Position numbers and translations under genes: made by a program
NCBI GenBank assembly: GCA_964106915.2
Contig: OZ066920.1
Origin: Podarcis gaigeae
Lineage: Eukaryota
DNA length: 64,000 nucleotides
Direction: 5' to 3' (one strand)
The notes under the pieces: generated by a model
Told to the model about the DNA's origin: nothing
Databases searched by the model: none
Seen by the model: only the letters and a program-made list of their open reading frames with translations
Shown here: positions 10,841 through 24,219 of the stretch, in pieces
How the letters are laid out: each line of letters begins with the position of its first letter
How positions within the stretch are numbered: the stretch's first letter is position 1

Positions 10841-13273
10841 CTGCTCACCAACCTCCTCTTTGGCATTGGTATCCCCACAGTTGCCATCCACAAGAACCAC
10901 CTGAGAGCTATCATTGCATAGCAAGTTTTCTGCCACCTGGATATGGGGTTTGGGGAAAGAGATCTGCTCTTTCCTCAACTCTGATGATAGGCAGAGTTGG
11001 TAGGAATAAGGTAAAGTTCCTTCTTCATAGTTTGGTGGAAATATGACCTGCGCCTTAGAAAAAGCATTAGGTTCGAAGCACTGGAATAATTTGGGATTTC
11101 CTGATTGTCGAAGTTTCATGACAATGACCAGTATCACCGTCAGGAGGAATAAAAATGAGATCAATGCCAAAGCCAGCACCAAGTAAAACTGGAGGTCAGA
11201 ATGATGCTCTGTGTCACTGGATTGTCTAGTCATTTCCGGAAGTGCCTCTTGGAAGTTCTCAGCAACCACGAGGTTGAGGACCACAGTAGCTGACAGCGGA
11301 GCCTTCCCATTGTCCTTCACCAAGATGACCAGCTTCTGTTTCACAGCATCTTTCTCCAGAAGGGCTCGTGACGTCCTGATCTCTCCCGTGTGGGTCCCAA
11401 TGGTGAAAAGGGCCGGCTCTGTGGCCTGCAGCACTTGGTAGGAGAGCCAGGCATTGTGCCCAGAGTCCGCGTCCACAGCCACCACTTTGGTCACTAGGTA
11501 GCCTGGCTCTGCCGAGTGAGGCACCATCTCAAACAAGGCAGAGCCCTCAACACCCGGGACAGGATACAGAACGCGAGGGCTGTTATCATTCTGGTCCAAA
11601 ATGTACACCCACACAGTGGCGTTGTTGCTGAGAGAGGGAGAGCCACCATCTTGGGCCTTCACTTGGATCTGAAACTCCCTGAATTGCTCATAGTCAAAGG
11701 AGCGCTGTGCATAGATAGTTCCCGTCTCAGAGTTGATGGAGACGTAAGAGGAGAGAGGCAGCTCCTGCATGTTGCTGTTGAGGATGGAGTAAGTGATACG
11801 TGAGTTGTGGTCCAGATCTGGGTCCGAGGCTTTGAGGGCAAAAATGGAGGCACCTGAGGGATTGTTTTCAGGCACAAAGGCACTGTAGGATGATTTTTCA
11901 AAGGCAGGGGGGTTGTCATTGATGTCTGAAATCTGCAGGGAGATGGTTTTGTTGGAGGAGAGAGGAGGGCTACCTTTGTCAGTGGCCGTGATTGTAATGT
12001 TGTATCCTGAGGCTTTTTCTCTGTCCAATGGACTATCTGTGAGAATTTTGTAATAATTGTTAGATGAGGATAAGATTTTAAATGGTACATTACCTTGTAG
12101 ATGGCATGAAATTTTTCCATTTTCTTCAGAATCTTTATCCTTTACATTGATAACAGCAATTACTGTCCCAGGAACAGAATCTTCAGGAATTGGACTAGAT
12201 AAGGAGGCAAGAATGACCTCTGGAGCATTGTCATTCTCATCTATAATCTTTATTTCAATTTTACAGTGAGCCACTAATCCTCCTCCATCTCTTGCTTTTA
12301 TTGCCATAGTGTACTTTTCTGTTTCCTCAAAATCAAGATTCTCTGTATTCATAATTATTCCATTTTGTGCATCTATCCTAAATTTCTTGTAGACTTTTTC
12401 TGGTACTTTACTGAAACTATAACTGATCTGACTATTTGGACCTTCGTCTCTATCAGAAGCTGCAATCTGAAGTATGGGAGACCCAGGAGGGGAATTTTCC
12501 CTCACACTGACCTCATAGACCTCTTGAGTGAAGACTGGTGGGTTGTCATTGGCATCTGTGACATTAATCCATATCTGGGCAGTCCCAGTTTTTCTGGGTT
12601 CACCCCCATCCAAGGCCATAAGGATCAACTGAAGCGAGTGCTCACTTTCCCGATCCAAAGGTTTTTGCAGGAGCAATTCTGCATATTTATGGCCATCCAG
12701 ACTATCTTGAACCTCCAACGTGAAAAAGTGATTTTGGCTTAACTGGTAGTCATGAAGGGAATTCTTCCCAATATCAGGATCTTCAGCTTTCCCAAGGAGA
12801 AATCTGGCACCTGGCAATGTGGATTCAATTATTTCAAGCCTTATATTGTCATCCAGGAAATGCGGTACATTGTCATTAATGTCCTGAATTGCTACACTTA
12901 CATGGAAAACATTTAATGGATTTTCAACTAAGGCTTCAAGATTAATGAAGCACTGTGTGCTCTCTCTGCACATTCCCTCACGGTCTATCCTCTCATTCAC
13001 ATACACATTTCCATTTTCTGCATTGATACTGAAATATGGTTTTTTACCTTCAGAAATGATATGCAGGTTTCTATTCCTCAGTTCTCTGGCATTCAGTCCC
13101 AAATCCTTGGCAAGATTTCCTACAAAGGACCCCTTTGCCATCTCCTCAGGGATGGAATAGTGAATTGACTCTGAGATCTCCCAGCAGAGGAAAAACAATA
13201 ATAGTAGAAGCAAAATGTGGCTTCTGAGTGCCCTGAAGCTTTCTCTAGGAATAACTTCCATCCTCATCTCCAT
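10841..13273 (-). CDS. Protocadherin gamma-B-like variable exon 2 (subfamily X)
   Basis: ORF 10715..13273; donor CAG|GTAAGC at 10841/10840; EC1 CRESTQC; gamma-B-type [14 protein letters not shown] and [15 protein letters not shown]. Confidence 0.95.
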
Positions 13274-13487
13274 TCTCCTGCTAATGAGCAGGTGAGCTTT
13301 TTGTTGTTGTTCAGAAAACAGGGATACAGAAGAATAAGTTGATTCCCTTGATTTCCCTCTCGGTTTGCTTGTATCCCATTTGTTTCCTCATCTCAGTAAC
13401 AGCAGGCAGGACTTTGTAGTCTGTTCTTTCTGTAGCTGGTAAGTAGCAATCTGACAGTGGATCCCTAATAGCTCTTTGCTTCCCAAA

Positions 13488-13529
13488 TTGGCCAACAGCG
13501 GCACTGTGAGTTCCAGCTGAAGAACTGCA
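13488..13529 (-). promoter_or_regulatory. CSE / CTCF site, exon 2
   Basis: TGCAGTTCTT..AACTCACAGTGCCGCTGTTGGCCAA; CGCT intact. Confidence 0.85.
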
Positions 13530-15378
13530 AGTGAATCAGCTCCAAGAATAAACCGGAAGAACTGAAATATATGCTTTCCCTCTCCATAAAAAAACATTTT
13601 AATACTTTGAAAGCAACATTTAGTGACTAAAAGCAATAGTGTTATGTATTACAGTACTAAGTTCTTGACCATATTGATGGATGTGTGCAACCCCTTCAGA
13701 CTTTTAATGTTTTCAACAAAATATCCCTCACAGGCCATTTGCAAGAAAATCACTTTACATATATAAAATATTATATTTTACTTAGATGAAAGTTCTGGAT
13801 TTCATCCCTTATATTCCCTTCTTTTTTGAAATAAGAATTGCTTTAAAAATATATATATCCACACTTTTAACATTCCTTATTTTTTAAAAAATGTATTTGT
13901 AAAAAAGTATTTTTTAAAAAAGAAGGGAAAGGATCACTTTTTTGTAGATTCAGTCCAGTAAAGATGGTCTGTGTTCATGGGATTCTTGTACAGTACCTGA
14001 AATGTTTGATGCCAATGGGCAATTTTCTGAAACTCTTCCCTCAAGACCAGTAGATTTTTTTGACTTTGACTACTCACAACAATGTTTCAGTACATTTTCC
14101 AAACAAGGGAGGAAATGTGCCACTAACAATTAGGTATGTAGATGCATATGCAGAGGATACAACAGCTTGCCAATATGGCAAAGCTGAAAACATTTATACT
14201 ACATCTATCACCAATGTATTGATCCCCACAAACTGTGAGAAGGGAGCACCACTGAAATTCACACTCTCCAATTCAACCAGCTGCGAATTTCCTCATCTGT
14301 GCAACCTGATGGCCAGTAACACAAGGAGGAAGATGAGGAACAAGCAGGAGACAAAAGCCACTGTAAGGACCAGGTAGAAGGTGAGGTTAGACGGAGGAGC
14401 AGATGATGGAAGTTTCTGTGCTAACTTAGAGAAACATAGAGAGAGGAAACAAAGTCAAATTTCAAAACTATGTTAGAAAAAAAGAAGGTTCAGCACCAGA
14501 AGAGAGATTTATGGTGAACATTTCCAGTTGTAGGAGCAATTCAGACATTGTATAGAACATTGTGCCGTATCATTCTTTGGATATTTTCATGAAAAAAGTT
14601 ATAAAACAATCTATTAAGGAGTCTTTAAGTCTGGGGTACATTGCCTTAGATTAGTTTGCTTTCTCTTTCTCTTTCCAACAATATGATATTTTGATTCGGT
14701 GGGGGAACACTGGTGGGAGCAACACTGAAATAAGAGTGGCCCAGATACATTGCATGGAATTCATTCTCTTGTTGATCAGGAGGGGTGGAATTGTGAGAGG
14801 AAAGAGACCCTCTCAGGCCACAATACTCCCTTATATACACATCTCCTAAAAACACAGAAACCTATGCTTGCACCATATAACCTGCTGCTTCTGGTTAGTT
14901 AATCAGTTAATCCTACTTCATTACTCATAAGCACTGATAAATTAAGATCCTCACTACAAGTAACACACAGAAGGAATGTATAAGAGAGCATTTTTAGATT
15001 ACAACTCTGAAAGTGTGTTTAGGGGCAACACGTTTATGTTAAATGTTAACATAAACTGTGAGAGAATGGCCAGGATTGGGATGAGATGGTGGTTTCATTG
15101 GTTTGATGTTGCCTCTGATTCCTGGAATAGGATGGGTGTAGTAATCATGTGATCTGATATTTTGCTGCCATAAAAATGCTAAGTTTTGTCATAGTGCATT
15201 CATGGTGTATGCAAAAATTACTACAGTAAGTCTGGAACGCATCTGGAGAACAATTGCAAATCCAACCAAATGACCGGTTTGCGCAGGGTTTTAAAGACAG
15301 GCTTTAAAAGGATGGTCTACACAGAAACCTAGGAGGCTGCAACAAAGAAATAAAAGAAATAAAATTGAATCCATGTCA

Positions 15379-15531
15379 TAGGGTTGCCATATGTCCTCTT
15401 TTGCCAGGACATGTCCTCTTTTTCATGGGTATGTATAATGAGAGTCGTCATTTTACATACATTAAAACATTAGTTAAAAGTAGAGGTTGGCAAATGTGTC
15501 CTCTTTTTTCTATTCAAAATATGGCAACCCA
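15379..15531. mobile_element. hAT-type MITE
   Basis: 12-bp TIR GGGTTGCCATAT (15381-15392) / ATATGGCAACCC (15519-15530); internal TGTCCTCTTTT repeats; no TSD seen. Confidence 0.65.
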
Positions 15532-16337
15532 GGAAGATAAAAAATGATAAGAGGACCACAAGAAACAAATAAATGGAACAGAGATGGATCAGGTGGACTG
15601 CGTATTTCAAGGAGAAGAATAGTTGACAAAATGCAAATAGAAGAAGAATGGCAATAGAATGAAAAAATGTAAAACAAAATTATAATTTAATGGCAGTATG
15701 CCATAAATAGAACTTCCGGTATAGATGAGATGTATCAGAAAATGGAATCACAATGTGTAGTTTTTGTTCTCACTCTTACATTTAGCCTTATTTTGATTTA
15801 CAGTATTTATAGCACACTCTTCATTGAATATTTTCAGTCCCAATGACTTGAGTCCACTGAAGTTTATACCATAACCAATATGTTTGGTTTGCATCCAATG
15901 CTTATGTTTCTTCTCCCCTCCCCTCCCTGCAGTCCTGACTCTGCTCTGGAGGATCCCCAAATTGTCCTAATAAACAGTATTTAAGAGATCAGCTTGGCCC
16001 TACAACACTGAAAAATGGCAAAGCCCAACCCCTGCCCCAAATGAGGAAGCAACTACAAATGAAGAAAGAAATGGTCAGTTTGCATCTAAAGCAGCATGCT
16101 GGCCATTACTTTTGATGGGAATCGCATAAAAACTTCCCCTATACTTTTCCAGCCCCCAGAGCTCCAGTTTACAACTAGCTGCTGTACAGAGCTTAGATAA
16201 TTTGAAGGCTGGGTGATGGGAAAAGAGAGAGGGCAGGAGAAGGCAAAGCCACACATTGCCATTTGTGTGCACCTGAGGATATGGCAGGAAAGAGGAGTGG
16301 AAGCAAAGCCTTTCCTCCTCCCAGGAAGGGAAGGGGT

Positions 16338-17104
16338 TGTGATCGGGAGATGATTCCTGCGTCATGCAGGGGGCGCTTCGCCCCCTGCTTCAACTCCAGG
16401 GCTGGCGTGCCACGCCCCTCCCCAGTTGGGCACCCAATAGGGAAGCTCGGCGGGGGCGTGGCTTGCTGCTCAAACGCAGCCGCGGCAGCCATCCCCACCA
16501 TTGCACACACATTTTCTTTGAGTCACCCACCCTCCACTCCCTTTAGATTAGCTGTTCCTGAGACTTTGCTATGGACCTCTGGTTGGTCGCCCTGTTTAAC
16601 CAGGGGGCCTGGAAGGAGTTTTTTCCAATTGGCTAAATTGGCCCGGCCTCTTGGGTTTTTTCCCGCCTACCTCGTAGCAACCGTCCCAACTTTCCTGGTA
16701 TTTGGTGGTTAGGCATTGGAATGTGTTGTTGGTGTTTCAGGGGGCAAGGAGTGGCCATCGCCTTCCCCGGCAATTTTGGGTATTCCGCTAAAGGAATCCG
16801 GCGGTCGTGGATCCTGTCCGATGCCCGTGTAGTGGGGAGCCATGGCACGACCCTTGGTGACATCCGGAAGAGAGCCTATAGTTGGATTAGCATCAACAGG
16901 CTTCCCCTACTGGGGGTTAACCCCTCCTCAGACTCACCCCTCTACGAGTGGGTGGAGTCTAATGTTCCGTGGTCCAATGCCTAAGCCAATACCTTCTCAC
17001 ATGCTGTAATCAATAAAGTTGTGGCCTTTTCCTTACCCATTAACCTTACATTCTGTGTCCACGTGTCTTTATTCCCCAAGCGGGGATTGGGTCCTCGAAT
17101 CACA
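16338..17104 (+). mobile_element. LTR-like element (probable solo LTR)
   Basis: TGTGAT...ATCACA termini, CpG-rich, CCAAT and GC box at ~16433-16462, AATAAA at 17012-17017. No TSD found. Confidence 0.6.
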
Positions 17105-17627
17105 AGCAAGAAGCTTGCATACAGATGCATCCTAAATATAATTATTCTTAAATCATTCAGCACTTCTGCACACTACTTCTGGAAACCTCAATAAAGCTAC
17201 TTCTTATGGACATCATTACTTTGAAAGTCCAAGACACTGAGACTGCAGTCTTATACATGTTCACTTCACCTGGAGTTCCTTTTGAGTAGACATGCATGGG
17301 ATCCTACTGTTAACTTCCAACGTCATAAATACCACAGAACTGGTTTAGTAGTCCAACTGAGTAAAGCAAAGCTACTTGGATCCAATGCTTAGATATTTTT
17401 GCCTTGACACTATAAACCTTACTCTTTTATCATGCATAAATGAGTAGACGGTTCATGAGGGGCCCAATAAATAAGGCTGAGCTACTGCTTTCCAGATTTA
17501 AATAACTCATTTTTCAGTAAACATATATGTCAGAGAAAATGAATTCTCCTCCATATAATGTTTCAGTGTCAGTTATGGTAAAAGATCATGCAGCGTGCAA
17601 TGAAAAATATTCTGGAATAAACCCTAC

Positions 17628-20048
17628 CTTATCATCACTTGCCATATCAGAAATTAAATTGCTTCCTCCGTTGCTTGTAAAAGGCACAGCAGGATTTTCA
17701 CCAACAATAATATTGTCTGCAATCTGAACATTGGGTGTCAGGAAGGCAAACTCATTCTTCCTGGTCTCAGAAGACAGACACAGCTGGTAGGAATAGGGCA
17801 AAGTCCCATCTTCAAAGTTGGGTGGGAAGATGGCACCATTCTTGGAATGGGGAACAGGACCAAAGCACTGTAGGAACCTGGGATGCCCTGATTGACGGAG
17901 CTTCATTGTAACGGCCAGAATCACAGTCAAGAGGAACAAGAAGGAGATCACAGCTAAGGCCAGCACCAAGTAGAACTGCAGGTCAGACTGATACTCCGAG
18001 CTGATGGGTTGGCTCTTCATTTCCGGAAGGGCCTCCTGAAAGTTCTCAGCAAACACCAGGTTCAGAGTAATGGTGGCCGAGAGAGACGGCTGCCCGTTAT
18101 CCTTCACCATAATGACCAGTCTCTGTTTCACAACGTCTCTCTCCACAAAGGCCCTGGCGGTCCTGATCTCTCCAGTATGAGAACCAACCGTGAAGAGTGC
18201 CGGCTCAGTGGCCTGAGTCAGGTGGTAGGAGAGCCAGGCATTGTGTCCAGAATCTGCATCCACGGCCACCACCTTGGTGACAAGATAATCTGCCTCGGCC
18301 GAACGAGGCACCATCTCAAACAAGGCTGAGCCCTTGGCTTCTTGTGAGGGGGACAGGATACGAGGGCTGTTATCATTCCTGTCAAGAACAAACACCCTGA
18401 CGCTCACATTGGTGCTGAGAGGGGGAGAACCCCCATCTTGGGCCTTCACTTGCACCCGAAACTCTCTGAATTGTTCATAGTCAAAGGATCTCTGGGCATA
18501 GATGGTGCCGGTCTCTGAATTTATGGAGATATAGGAGGAGATGGGAAGCTCCTCAATGTTGCTGTTGAGGATGGAGTATGTGATCCGTGAGTTCTGGTCC
18601 ATATCGGGATCAGAGGCTTTGATGGTGAAAATGGAGGCACCTGAAGGATTGTTTTCTGGCACGTAGATGTTGTAGGATGGTTTCTGAAAAGTAGGGGCAT
18701 TATCATTGATATCTGAGATCTGTAGTGAGATTGTTTTGTGTGTGGAAAGAGGTGGAGTTCCTTTATCAGTTGCTGTGATTGTAATATTGTATGCAGGAGC
18801 TATTTCTCTGTCCAAAGGACTGTCTGTCTGGAGCTTGAAGTAATTGTTAGATGAGGGAAGAACTTTGAAAGGTAAATCATCGTTTAAGTAGCAAGTAACC
18901 TTCCCATTATCACCACTATCTTTGTCATTCACATTAATCAGAGCAATTACAGTTCCCGGCAGAGAATCTTCAGGAACAGGACTGAACATGGAGGCTAACG
19001 TCACCTCTGGGGCATTATCATTCTCATCAAGCACAGTTATTTCAATATTGCAATGTGTCAACAATCCGCCACCATCTTTTGCTGTAAACATCATTGTATA
19101 TTTTTCGGTTTCCTCAAAGTCCAACGGATCTATAAGAGTGATTGTACCGTTGATTGGATCCAGTCTGAATTTCAATTGGACATTTGCTGGTATATTGCTG
19201 AAATGATACCTGATTTGGGCATTTGTACCTTCATCTTTATCTGAGGCTGAAACCTGAAGCACAGGAGATCCAAGGGGAGTATTCTCCCTCAAACTGACCT
19301 TGTACACCTCTTGAGTGAAAACAGGTCGGTTGTCATTGACATCAGTAACATTTATCCGTATCTGGGCAGTCCCAGTTTTCCTAGGCTGACCGCCATCCAA
19401 GGCTGTAAGGATTAAGTGAAGGGTCTGTTCATTTTCCCGATCCAGTGGTTTATTTAGCACTAATTCTGCATAACTATTTCCATCTTTTCTCTCTCTAACT
19501 TCCAAAGTGAAGTACTGATTGGAGCTCAGCTGGTAATCCTGGAGAGAGTTCATCCCAATGTCAGGATCTTCCGCCTTCCCAAGGAGAAACTGTGTACCTA
19601 GCAGAGTGGATTCAAGGATCTCTAAACTGATATTGCTATTCAGGAACTGGGGTGCATTATCATTAACATCCTGGATTTCTACTGTTACATGGAAAACATT
19701 CAGCGGGTTTTCTACCACAACTTCAAACTGAACAAAGCAAAGTGGATTTCTGCCACATATCCCCTCCCTATCAATCCTGTCATTTACATAGAGGTTTCCA
19801 TTCTCTGCATTGATACTGAAATGCTGCATTTTAGCCACAGACACAGTGTGCAGATTGCGATGTTTTAGCTCTTTGGTGCTCAGTCCCAGGTCCTTGGCGA
19901 GGTTCCCCACAACGGAACCCTTTGCCATCTCCTCAGGGGTTGAATAATGAATCTGCTCTGATGCAGCCCAACAGGTAAAAGACAATAGAGAGAGAAGCAG
20001 TACTTGCCTTGTGAGTGCCCTGCCATTCCCTGGGTGCCTTCTCTCCAT
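17628..20048 (-). CDS. Protocadherin gamma-B-like variable exon 3 (subfamily Y)
   Basis: ORF 17586..20048; donor AAG|GTAGGG at 17628/17627; EC1 CGRNPLC; [24 protein letters not shown] signature. Confidence 0.95.
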
Positions 20049-20320
20049 CTGGCTGGTTCTCTCAAAAACAGGCTGCTTCCTTTTCTCAGTTTCCTATGCT
20101 TAAGCTCTCACAGTGATGAAGGAAACAACATGAGGTATCACTGAGGAAGAATAAACTGCCCTTGTTCTCATATGTGTGCAAAGCAAAAGAGATTTTTCCT
20201 TCTCTGCAAGAGTTCCCTGTCTCTGTGCTCTTCAGTTGGCCTGATCTGAACAGCAGTGATGGGAGTTACTGCAGTCTAGGAAGCATCACTGAATCTCTAT
20301 CCTCTCTCTGGCTCTCATAC

Positions 20321-20361
20321 TGGCCAACACTGACACTTAGAGGACCACTCAAGGAACTGCA
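20321..20361 (-). promoter_or_regulatory. CSE / CTCF site, exon 3 (CpG-less variant)
   Basis: TGCAGTTCCTT..CCTCTAAGTGTCAGTGTTGGCCA; CAGT in place of CGCT. Confidence 0.75.
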
Positions 20362-20604
20362 AGGAAAACCATGTTCACCATAACATAGAAAGATGGAGCT
20401 AAAAAAAAGTACGTTTCCACAATGTGAACTTTCTCTTTAGCCAATTGCAAGTGGGGCATTTGAAAAAGCTTTTCCTTTGTTTAGCATATTTATTACTTAT
20501 TACTTTTATTGTCCACACCTTCAGCAACAAAGGCTTCCAGGGTGGGGCACAGGTTCAAAACGACAATATAAATAAAACAAAAATAAAACAAACTATACTC
20601 ATTA

Positions 20605-20778
20605 TAGAGACCAACGAAGTTTGTTATTGGAATGAGCTTTCGTGTGCATGCACACTTCTTCGTGCATGCACATGAAAGCTCATACCAATAACAAACTTAG
20701 TTGGTCTCTAAGGTGCTACTGGAAGGAATTTTTTTATTTTGTTTCAAGTACAGCAGACCAGTACAGCTACCTACCTGT
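20605..20778. mobile_element. Penelope-like element terminal fragment with inverted arms
   Basis: 49-bp inverted arms 20605-20653 / 20662-20710 (3 mismatches); flanking AACTATACTCATTA / AACTACACTCATAA duplication; truncated hammerhead core. Confidence 0.75.
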
Positions 20779-22642
20779 AACTACACTCATAATGTTTGGT
20801 TATGAATAGATTTCATTTATTTTTTAACTGGCCTCAATCCAGCTCCCTTTCAAAATGGGATTGGTGACTCTGGCAGATTTTCATTATTCCCCTTACACAT
20901 ACATGCAAAAGAAGCACAAACTATCCCTTTTTAAATGCAGTGGAAGGCCCTTTGAGATACTAAGTGTGAATAAACTTCTGGATAATTCCCCCCACCCCCC
21001 CGCTTCACTCAGTTCCCTTCAGCAACAAAGTGAAGTATGGGCTCTCTTTTCCCTGCTACTCTTCTCAGTAACCTCAGTTCATGGTAGATGTGGGCAGAGA
21101 TGGCAGTTAGCGTTTTGCAGACATATTCAAAGGAAGATTCCTCTTTTGCCTTCCTTGTCAATAATGGGTGTAGCTTCTTCATGCACTAGGACTTTGACTG
21201 AAGAGACTGCAGCTCCCAGAGGAGGCCAGTGGCTCTCTCCAAGGTCTTCAGCAAAGGGGTCAGAAGACAGCAGAGGAACACACAGGCTAGAGCTACTTTC
21301 AGTGGCTTTTTAGATAGTATTGTGAAAATTGAGATTGCATCTGGGACTGCAGTTTCGTTTACATGAAGATGATACTCATGTCCACTTTTTATTGGTAATA
21401 TGGTGACATTGTTAATATATATACTTGTGTATAGTTATAACCAGTATATTTAACGTTTCCCCACCATATTACATATCTGTGTAGCACAAATAAACTGTGC
21501 CATTAATTTGAAGCAGAGAATTGAATCCTGTCATGGTAAACAGTGTGGGATGGTTCATGGTTTGAGAGTTTCTTTATCACCAGTAGTTGCTGATCCTTGG
21601 TGATACTTCCAAGTGAAGAGCCTTCCTCAGTTTCCTCAGGGAAAAAGTGGCGAATCTTCAAGGAGTGGTAATGAGTTGCCAATGTTAACAGATAAAAGAG
21701 ACAGCGTGATAAAAGAATTGTAAGTCTAAGGTGTTAGAAGGGAGATCTTTAGATTCTGAGGTATAAATAGGACCAATGTGAGCAATTTTGTTAGGTTTTA
21801 TTGAAAATATGCCACAGTGGTCTTTAGGAGGTAGCTTGCTTTGGGTGGTGGCGATAGATTGAGTAGTAACTTCCTGTCAACAGCTAAAACAATCCTGCGT
21901 GGCACCCCCATGCAATTTCAGCGAACAAGGAAAATCTCTTTGCTGCTCCTAAGACATATCATAGAAATGCAAACAGGCCTTGTGCCATGTTCAGACATAT
22001 TTAACAAAAGCCTGACATTCTTTATAAAGTTATCTAACTCCATCCAGAACTGAAAGATTTTCATTGCTCTCATTCATATTGCAGAAAGTTTTTTTTTTAA
22101 TCATATAAAATACCAGGATGATAAAGCTACAATTACATATGGCTTGAGCTAACTGGAGGCAACTATAGGAGGACACACATCAAAACTACCCCCCTCCCAC
22201 AGTTGGGACTTTGCAGAGTTATGCGGCCACTGCCAATCCACAGCCCTGCTGTTCACATTAGCCATAGCAGAATATGGAGATCCAGAATGACCTGGTCCGA
22301 GTCTGTTACATGACTGCAGCAAGACTGGCTCAGGATACAGCAGTTACTGGGCCAGCTCAGCCATGTCCCTGCCCTCAGAATGCCCCATTTGGGGCTCTCC
22401 ATTGGCTCCTGCACATCCAGCAGGTAGAAGGTGATGTCAGCTGAGCTGAGAGAGCCAGGCAGGGGGACGTCTCTGCCTAATCCAAACTCCGTCCCCTGGC
22501 TCAGTGGAAATGGGGGTTGGATTGCTTTGTGTATCATCACTGGCTTATTAAAATACCTGTCTGACCTCTTTAGACTCTCAGATGATGCCAAATATTATTG
22601 CTCAAAATGTGAAATAAATTTGCCTTGTTATAATATCCTACT

Positions 22643-22991
22643 TGAGAGTCCCATGGACTGCAAGAAGATCAAACCTATCCATTCTGAAGGAAATCAGCCG
22701 TGAGTGATCACCGGAAGGACAGATTGTGAAGCTGAGGCTCCAGTACTTTGGCCACCTCATGAGAAGAGAAGACTCCCTGGAAAAGACCCTGATGTTGGGA
22801 AAGATGGAGGCCACAAGGAGAAGGGGACGACAGAGGACGAGATGGTTGGACAGTGTTCTCGAAGCTACCAGCATGAGTTTGACCAAACTGCGGGAGGCAG
22901 TGGAAGACAGGAGTGCCTGGCGTGCTCTGGTCCAGGGGGTCACGAAGAGTTGGACACGACTAAACGACCAAACAACAACAACAACAACAAC
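22643..22991 (+). mobile_element. BovB (RTE) LINE, 5'-truncated
   Basis: KLRLQYFGHLMRREDSLEKTLMLGK..RRRGRQR.RWLD C-terminus, (CAA)n tail, TSD AATATCCTACT at 22632-22642 and 22992-23002. Confidence 0.93.
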
Positions 22992-24219
22992 AATATCCTA
23001 CTACACTAATATTTAACACACCATTGTTTTCTATATGATGAAATTCTGGGAGATTGAACCAAGGGAAGGGAAAGGGCAGGAAGCCATTCCCCACTGGCAG
23101 AGACAATACTTGGCCATTATATGGCACTTCTGAGTGTTAGGCCAGTGTTATTTATTGCACTGGTATTACAGATTAGCAGCTGAGAATGAGAAAAAGTGAC
23201 ATGCCTAATGAGGGCAAAAGTATATGTGGCTTTAAATGTTTTATTACACTGAATGAGAATGCATTCTTAATGGAAATAGATGTCACTGGGGGAGCAGGAT
23301 CATGACCATGGGTGCAGAGACAGTATCAATGGGACCATTCTTCTTCTCAGTGCAAATAACGAAGTGGGTTAGGATTTTTCTTGCAACCCTGCTCTTGCTG
23401 CCCCATCCAAGGGATCTATTTCCATTTTTAAATGCAATAAATCATTTAATGTCACCAAAAAGAGCCAAAATTCAAATTACAAATTTCATGCCTTTCAGCT
23501 CATATACTTGGCCAATAAACTAAATTAGTTCTTACTTAGTATACAGGTTTAATTCCTGATATCTCAAGTTTTTTTAAAACATCTAACAAAACTAGGCTGA
23601 GAAACACCTGAGCTGTTACCTACTGCTCATAAGGTTGGATAATACTAATTAGATAGATTATTGACCCTGTTTAGTAAACACACAACTGATTTATGCAATG
23701 AGTAAAGACATATACTATTTCAGACACAGAATTAGAGGGCAGTAAATCAAAGTTCAAATATTTTGGGAAGGCTGGATTTCCCACAGATACTATTCTTTGA
23801 GAACTAAATAACCTTTCTAAGAGGCAAGAAGGTCAAGAAAGAAGCTCCAAAAGAAGCATTCAATTAAAACAAGATAACCAGCACAATCATGCAAAAATTG
23901 CTGAACAAGAAAATATATGAATATCTCAAATATTTGTCTCATGGTTGCTCTTTAAGCGCTTAAGCTCTTGTGGGACAAGCTGTTTACAATTCTCCTATTT
24001 CTACATGCATTTGCTTGTGACAGAAACAACCACATATACAAAAAGTGAAGTATGTGAACTCCAAAACCTCATTTTATCTGAAGAGAACAAGTATAAATGA
24101 GAGAATATGTCTCCAGTTCCATTTCTTCAGAACAAGTGCAAAACAAATAATATCAATGGCATTAACGTCTAACTGAAAATATAAAGCGAAAAACCTTTGA
24201 TTTGATAGCAAGACTTCAC

